Source: Thermoplasmatota archaeon (GTDB taxonomy: Archaea; Thermoplasmatota; Penumbrarchaeia; Penumbrarchaeales; Penumbrarchaeaceae). Taken from it: a stretch of 19,535 nt of DNA. The DNA lies in the NCBI GenBank assembly GCA_029762535.1, contig JARVGK010000026.1, positions 1 through 19,535 of the forward strand. The letters are read 5' to 3'. The notes beneath the pieces are model-generated. The model worked only from the letters and a program-made list of their open reading frames with translations, did not search any database and was not told where the DNA came from. The translations under genes were made by a program, and so were the position numbers. Numbering within the stretch: the stretch's first letter is position 1; each line of letters opens with the position of its first letter. Below are positions 16,488 to 19,535 of the stretch, piece after piece.

Positions 16488-17732
16488 CTATTGATCACCT
16501 GAAGAGAAATTGGCCTTGGACCTCTTGAGCGCCTCGAGGACGGGCATATCCTGGCCGCTGAGATATCCGATCAGGGCCCCCCCTCCGGTGGAAACGTGGC
16601 TGATCCCGCTTAGCTTCTCTGTCTTGACCACCATGTTGGTCTCGCCTCCGCCCATGACCGAGTATGCGCCGGACTCGCTTATGGCCCTGAACAGCTCCAC
16701 GGTGCCTTCCGAGAACTGCTTCATCTCGAAAACGCCTGCCGGCCCGTTCGCGATTATAGTCTTCGCATCTTTGATTATATTTGAGTATCGGACTATGGTA
16801 TCGAGCGATATGTCGAAGATCGGGCCATTAGCAGGAAGGTCTTCGATGGTGATCCGCACTCTCTCTCCATCGATGTTCAGGGCGATGTCCGAAGGGTAAA
16901 GCACCTTATCGGGATGGTCCTTTAGGACCTTCTTGCATCTCTTGAGAAGTTCATCAGCTCCCTTTATCTCCTGATTGATGAAATTGATGTTGGGGGCTCC
17001 GAGATCGTATCCGGCGGCCCAGGTGAACATCGACCCCACCACTCCGGTGGTCAGGATCTTGTCGGATATGCCGCCTTTGAGAAGGTTCTCGGCGACCGCT
17101 ATCGAGTCATCGACCTTCAAACCCCCCAAGATCGCGATGGATGGCCTCTGGGGGTCCACCGTTATCCTTTGAAGGGCCTTGAGCTCCTTCTCCATCAGAG
17201 GTCCGGCGGCGCTGGGGACGACCCCGCAGAAGCCGACGAGGGAGGGCTGCGAACGGTGGACCGCCGAGAACGCGTCGTTTATGAAATATTCAACAACGCT
17301 AGAGAGTCTTCTGACCAGGAATGTCGATTCCTGGACCTTCATGGGGGCATCGTCCAGGTCCACGTCCTCGGCGTAGAATCTAGTGTTCTCGAGAAGGAGG
17401 ATCTCCCCTACGTTCATGTCCCTTATGCGCTCGAGAACTGTTTCGGAGAACAGCTGGTCCATGTACTGGACCTCTCTGTCAAGGACCCTCGAAAGGGATC
17501 TGGCATGCTCCTTCAAAGGGGTGTAATCCTTCTTGCCCGGCCTGCTCTGATGGGCGAGAAGGACCAGTTTGCATGGGGGCAACAGCTTGATGGACCTGGC
17601 ATGCTCCTCTATCCTCTTCAGCGACAGGATCTCTCCGGTGTCCGGGTTGACCGGAGAATTGATATCGACCCTCATCAGAACGGTCTTGCCCTCCAGGGGC
17701 AGATCGGATATGGTCAAGAAAGGCAGGTCCAT
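16488..17732 (-). CDS. pgk: Phosphoglycerate kinase
   Basis: MRVDINSP, LAHQSRPG, LLENTRF, INDAFSAVHRSQPSLVGF, ILGGLKVDD, NGPAGVFE, HVSTGGGA. Confidence 0.98.
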   Translation of the reverse strand: MDLPFLTISDLPLEGKTVLMRVDINSPVNPDTGEILSLKRIEEHARSIKLLPPCKLVLLAHQSRPGKKDYTPLKEHARSLSRVLDREVQYMDQLFSETVLERIRDMNVGEILLLENTRFYAEDVDLDDAPMKVQESTFLVRRLSSVVEYFINDAFSAVHRSQPSLVGFCGVVPSAAGPLMEKELKALQRITVDPQRPSIAILGGLKVDDSIAVAENLLKGGISDKILTTGVVGSMFTWAAGYDLGAPNINFINQEIKGADELLKRCKKVLKDHPDKVLYPSDIALNIDGERVRITIEDLPANGPIFDISLDTIVRYSNIIKDAKTIIANGPAGVFEMKQFSEGTVELFRAISESGAYSVMGGGETNMVVKTEKLSGISHVSTGGGALIGYLSGQDMPVLEALKRSKANFSSGDQ

Positions 17733-17761
17733 GGACTATCCCCTGGCAGTAAAGGGGGAGA

Positions 17762-17826
17762 TGGATTAAAGGTTTTCTAGACCTGCGAATATCTGCCATT
17801 CGAAGGGCGAAAAAGGTTATTAGACC
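17762..17826. promoter_or_regulatory. Divergent BRE/TATA promoters for pgk (-) and the RDD gene (+)
   Basis: Minus-strand AGAAAACCTTTAATC (about 17765-17779) and plus-strand CGAAAAAGGTTATTAG (about 17808-17823). Confidence 0.55.
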
Positions 17827-17866
17827 GTAGTAGTTAGGGAAGGAGGCAGTCATCGGGGGTGAGATA

Positions 17867-19072
17867 ACGGACCAGGTATCGATCCGCAAGGAATACAGCT
17901 GGGAGCTGAAGGAGAATCTTGCCAGAAGGGCGATCGCCTCCGTCATCGACCACATCCTAATATCCCTCGCGACCATATTCATAGGAGGTTTCGCGATCGT
18001 GGGGATCCTCTCCGCGAACCCGATGGGCGCCATCGCGGGACTCCTTGGGGATGTCCTGATGCCTTTCGATAATGCGGGGCTCGGGTTCACCCCCCTCTAT
18101 CTGGCCATGATAGCCTTCTCCTGCGTCAATGCGGTATTCTCCACATTGTACTTCACGGTCCTGGAATCGGGCCCCCGGAGGACGCCGGGAAAGGCCCTCA
18201 TGCATCTGCAGGTCGTGGGGGTCCTCGATCCCGATCCCTCGATCGGAAATGCTTTCACCAGGAACATCGACAGGATACTCTTCGGAGCGTTGGGAGGCTA
18301 TCTTCTGGGGATCGTCGGCGCGAACCTGTTCCCCGCCCTGGTCATGTTGGTGGAATACTTTGGCTTCAGCGGGAGGAAGGCCGACCTGAGGCAGAAATAC
18401 CTCGACGTCGTGGCAATGACCATAGTCCTCTTCGAAGATGACGAGGTGGAGATCGGGGACATACACATCGACGGTGCCCCTACCGTCGAGGACCTGCTGA
18501 GGGCTAAGAAGGAGAAGAAATCGGCCGTCTCCAGGACACCGACATCACAAGGCATAGGGGGAAAGGGGTTCAAGCAGACGGCGCCCATGCTCGGGTCCTC
18601 GCCTCGTACCATATCCGTCGCCATCCCCAAAGAACCCGTGGAGAAGAGCGACTCCAGGGATAGGCCCGCCTTCGGAGGCTCTTTGACCCGAGGCGCACGG
18701 GAAAAGCCGCAGGAGGAGGCACCAGCATCCACAAAGGAGGGCCATGATAAGGAGAGGAAGGGCAAAGGACTGCTTTCCGGTCTCTTCGGCGGAAAGAGCG
18801 AAAGAGAGCCTGAGCCAGAGAAGGTTGCCGATATGACCTCGATGGAATTATCGGAGGGGATCGATCGGGGCGATGATGCGGACGGTGTGGTACTGGCCTT
18901 CATGATGGACTTCGACATAGACGAGGACCGGGCGAGGAAGCTGTACGATGCGGGGTATCGCCTGAGCAGCGAGTTCGCGGAGGCGATCCCTGAGGACCTC
19001 ATGATGATAGAGGGGATCAATCCCACGGTGGCAAGGAGGATCGTGGCCCAGGCCAACGGAGCAGCGACCTAG
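17867..19072 (+). CDS. RDD-family membrane protein fused through a low-complexity linker to a C-terminal helix-hairpin-helix domain
   Basis: In-frame sequence upstream of the track's start (17999) encodes RRAIASVIDHIL, the RDD N-terminal motif; also TPGKALMHLQVV, RNIDR, QKYLDVVAMTIV; C-terminal RARKLYDAGY...EDLMMIEGINPTVARRI. Start position is inferred (ACG at 17867). Confidence 0.8.
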   Translation, partial: TDQVSIRKEYSWELKENLARRAIASVIDHILISLATIFIGGFAIVGILSANPMGAIAGLLGDVLMPFDNAGLGFTPLYLAMIAFSCVNAVFSTLYFTVLESGPRRTPGKALMHLQVVGVLDPDPSIGNAFTRNIDRILFGALGGYLLGIVGANLFPALVMLVEYFGFSGRKADLRQKYLDVVAMTIVLFEDDEVEIGDIHIDGAPTVEDLLRAKKEKKSAVSRTPTSQGIGGKGFKQTAPMLGSSPRTISVAIPKEPVEKSDSRDRPAFGGSLTRGAREKPQEEAPASTKEGHDKERKGKGLLSGLFGGKSEREPEPEKVADMTSMELSEGIDRGDDADGVVLAFMMDFDIDEDRARKLYDAGYRLSSEFAEAIPEDLMMIEGINPTVARRIVAQANGAAT

Positions 19073-19136
19073 CCCAACGTTCAAATACGACCGCTTCATT
19101 TCGGAGCGATGCGATCCCCTGAAGGATCGAGAACGT

Positions 19137-19210
19137 GGGCTGGTAGATCAGCTCGGTAGATCGCCTGCTTCGCAAGCAGGAGGCCTCGGGTTCAAATCCC
19201 GACCAGTCCA
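19137..19210 (+). tRNA. tRNA-Ala(CGC)
   Basis: Cloverleaf: GGGCTGG/CCAGTCC acceptor with the G3:U70 alanine identity pair, CCTGC-TT CGC AA-GCAGG, TCGGG-TTCAAAT-CCCGA, A discriminator. No encoded CCA. Confidence 0.98.
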
Positions 19211-19232
19211 CTCTAATTTATCTATTATTCAC

Positions 19233-19253
19233 GGACTGGAGGGATTTGAACCC
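19233..19253 (-). repeat. Inverted degenerate copy of the tRNA-Ala 3' end
   Basis: GGACTGG-A-GGGATTTGAACCC versus the reverse complement of 19188-19209, GGACTGG-TC-GGGATTTGAACCC. Confidence 0.8.
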
Positions 19254-19325
19254 TTGGGTTCTTGGGAAGGTAGGCATCGGCCGAGTTCCCAAGATGTGGA
19301 AAATCCCAAAGGGATTTTTCATGCA

Positions 19326-19535
19326 TCAAATCCCGACCAGTCCACCATTCCCTTCTCATTGCTTAATCTTTTTTTCAGGGAATGATGAACTGGTCTCAGT
19401 CGTGAAACTGCGTTTCACTCCTCCCGACCAGTCCACCATTCCCTTCTCATTGCTTAATCTTTTTTTCAGGGAATGATGAACTGGTCTCAGTCGGGTGAGG
19501 CAAAGCCTCTCCCTCCTCCCGACCAGTCCACTATT
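19326..19535 (+). repeat. tRNA-Ala 3'-end repeat array: two identical 72-bp units (19331-19402, 19422-19493) and a third tRNA-end copy at 19517-19530; runs to the window edge
   Basis: TCCCGACCAGTCCA occurs at 19331, 19422 and 19517; the first copy extends to 19 bp of identity with the tRNA (19326-19344). Confidence 0.95.

Noticed and set aside
19078-19092. GTTCAAATACGACC upstream of tRNA-Ala resembling its T-loop region
   Set aside because: Short gapped match (8 + 5 bp) that could equally be a TATA-like promoter element or chance.
19246-19476. 76-aa ORF after tRNA-Ala
   Set aside because: Consists of translated repeat sequence; no RBS or protein-like features.
19326-19535. CRISPR array
   Set aside because: Repeats of 72 bp with 19-23-bp palindromic spacers are outside CRISPR geometry, the repeat derives from a tRNA end, and no cas genes are in the window.

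Overview
Archaeal chromosomal window, most likely Thermoplasmatota-like (inferred from archaeal uS15, Pcc1, a class III signal peptide pilin, archaeal PGK, TATA/BRE promoters and GGTGA ribosome-binding sites). Housekeeping genes: rps15-DHH/DHHA1 nuclease-pcc1, a gamma-carbonic-anhydrase-family gene, pgk, tRNA-Thr(UGU) and tRNA-Ala(CGC). Accessory genes: two very large membrane-anchored surface proteins (one with an apparent Cys-His-Asp papain-like domain, one with Asp-box propeller repeats), two ATPase-wHTH-PD-(D/E)xK genes, an atypical thioredoxin and an RDD-HhH fusion that appears to use a non-canonical start codon. The most striking signal is non-coding: both tRNA genes sit in arrays of their own fragments. 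tRNA-Thr is preceded by two ~200-bp units, each carrying the 44-nt 5' part of the tRNA. tRNA-Ala is followed by ~91-95-bp units carrying the 3' end (two with a CCA the gene lacks), separated by unique hairpins. Both tRNAs also have an inverted copy of their 3' end downstream, and the two arrays share a 14-bp motif. No integrase, reverse transcriptase or cas gene is in the window, so the mechanism is unknown.
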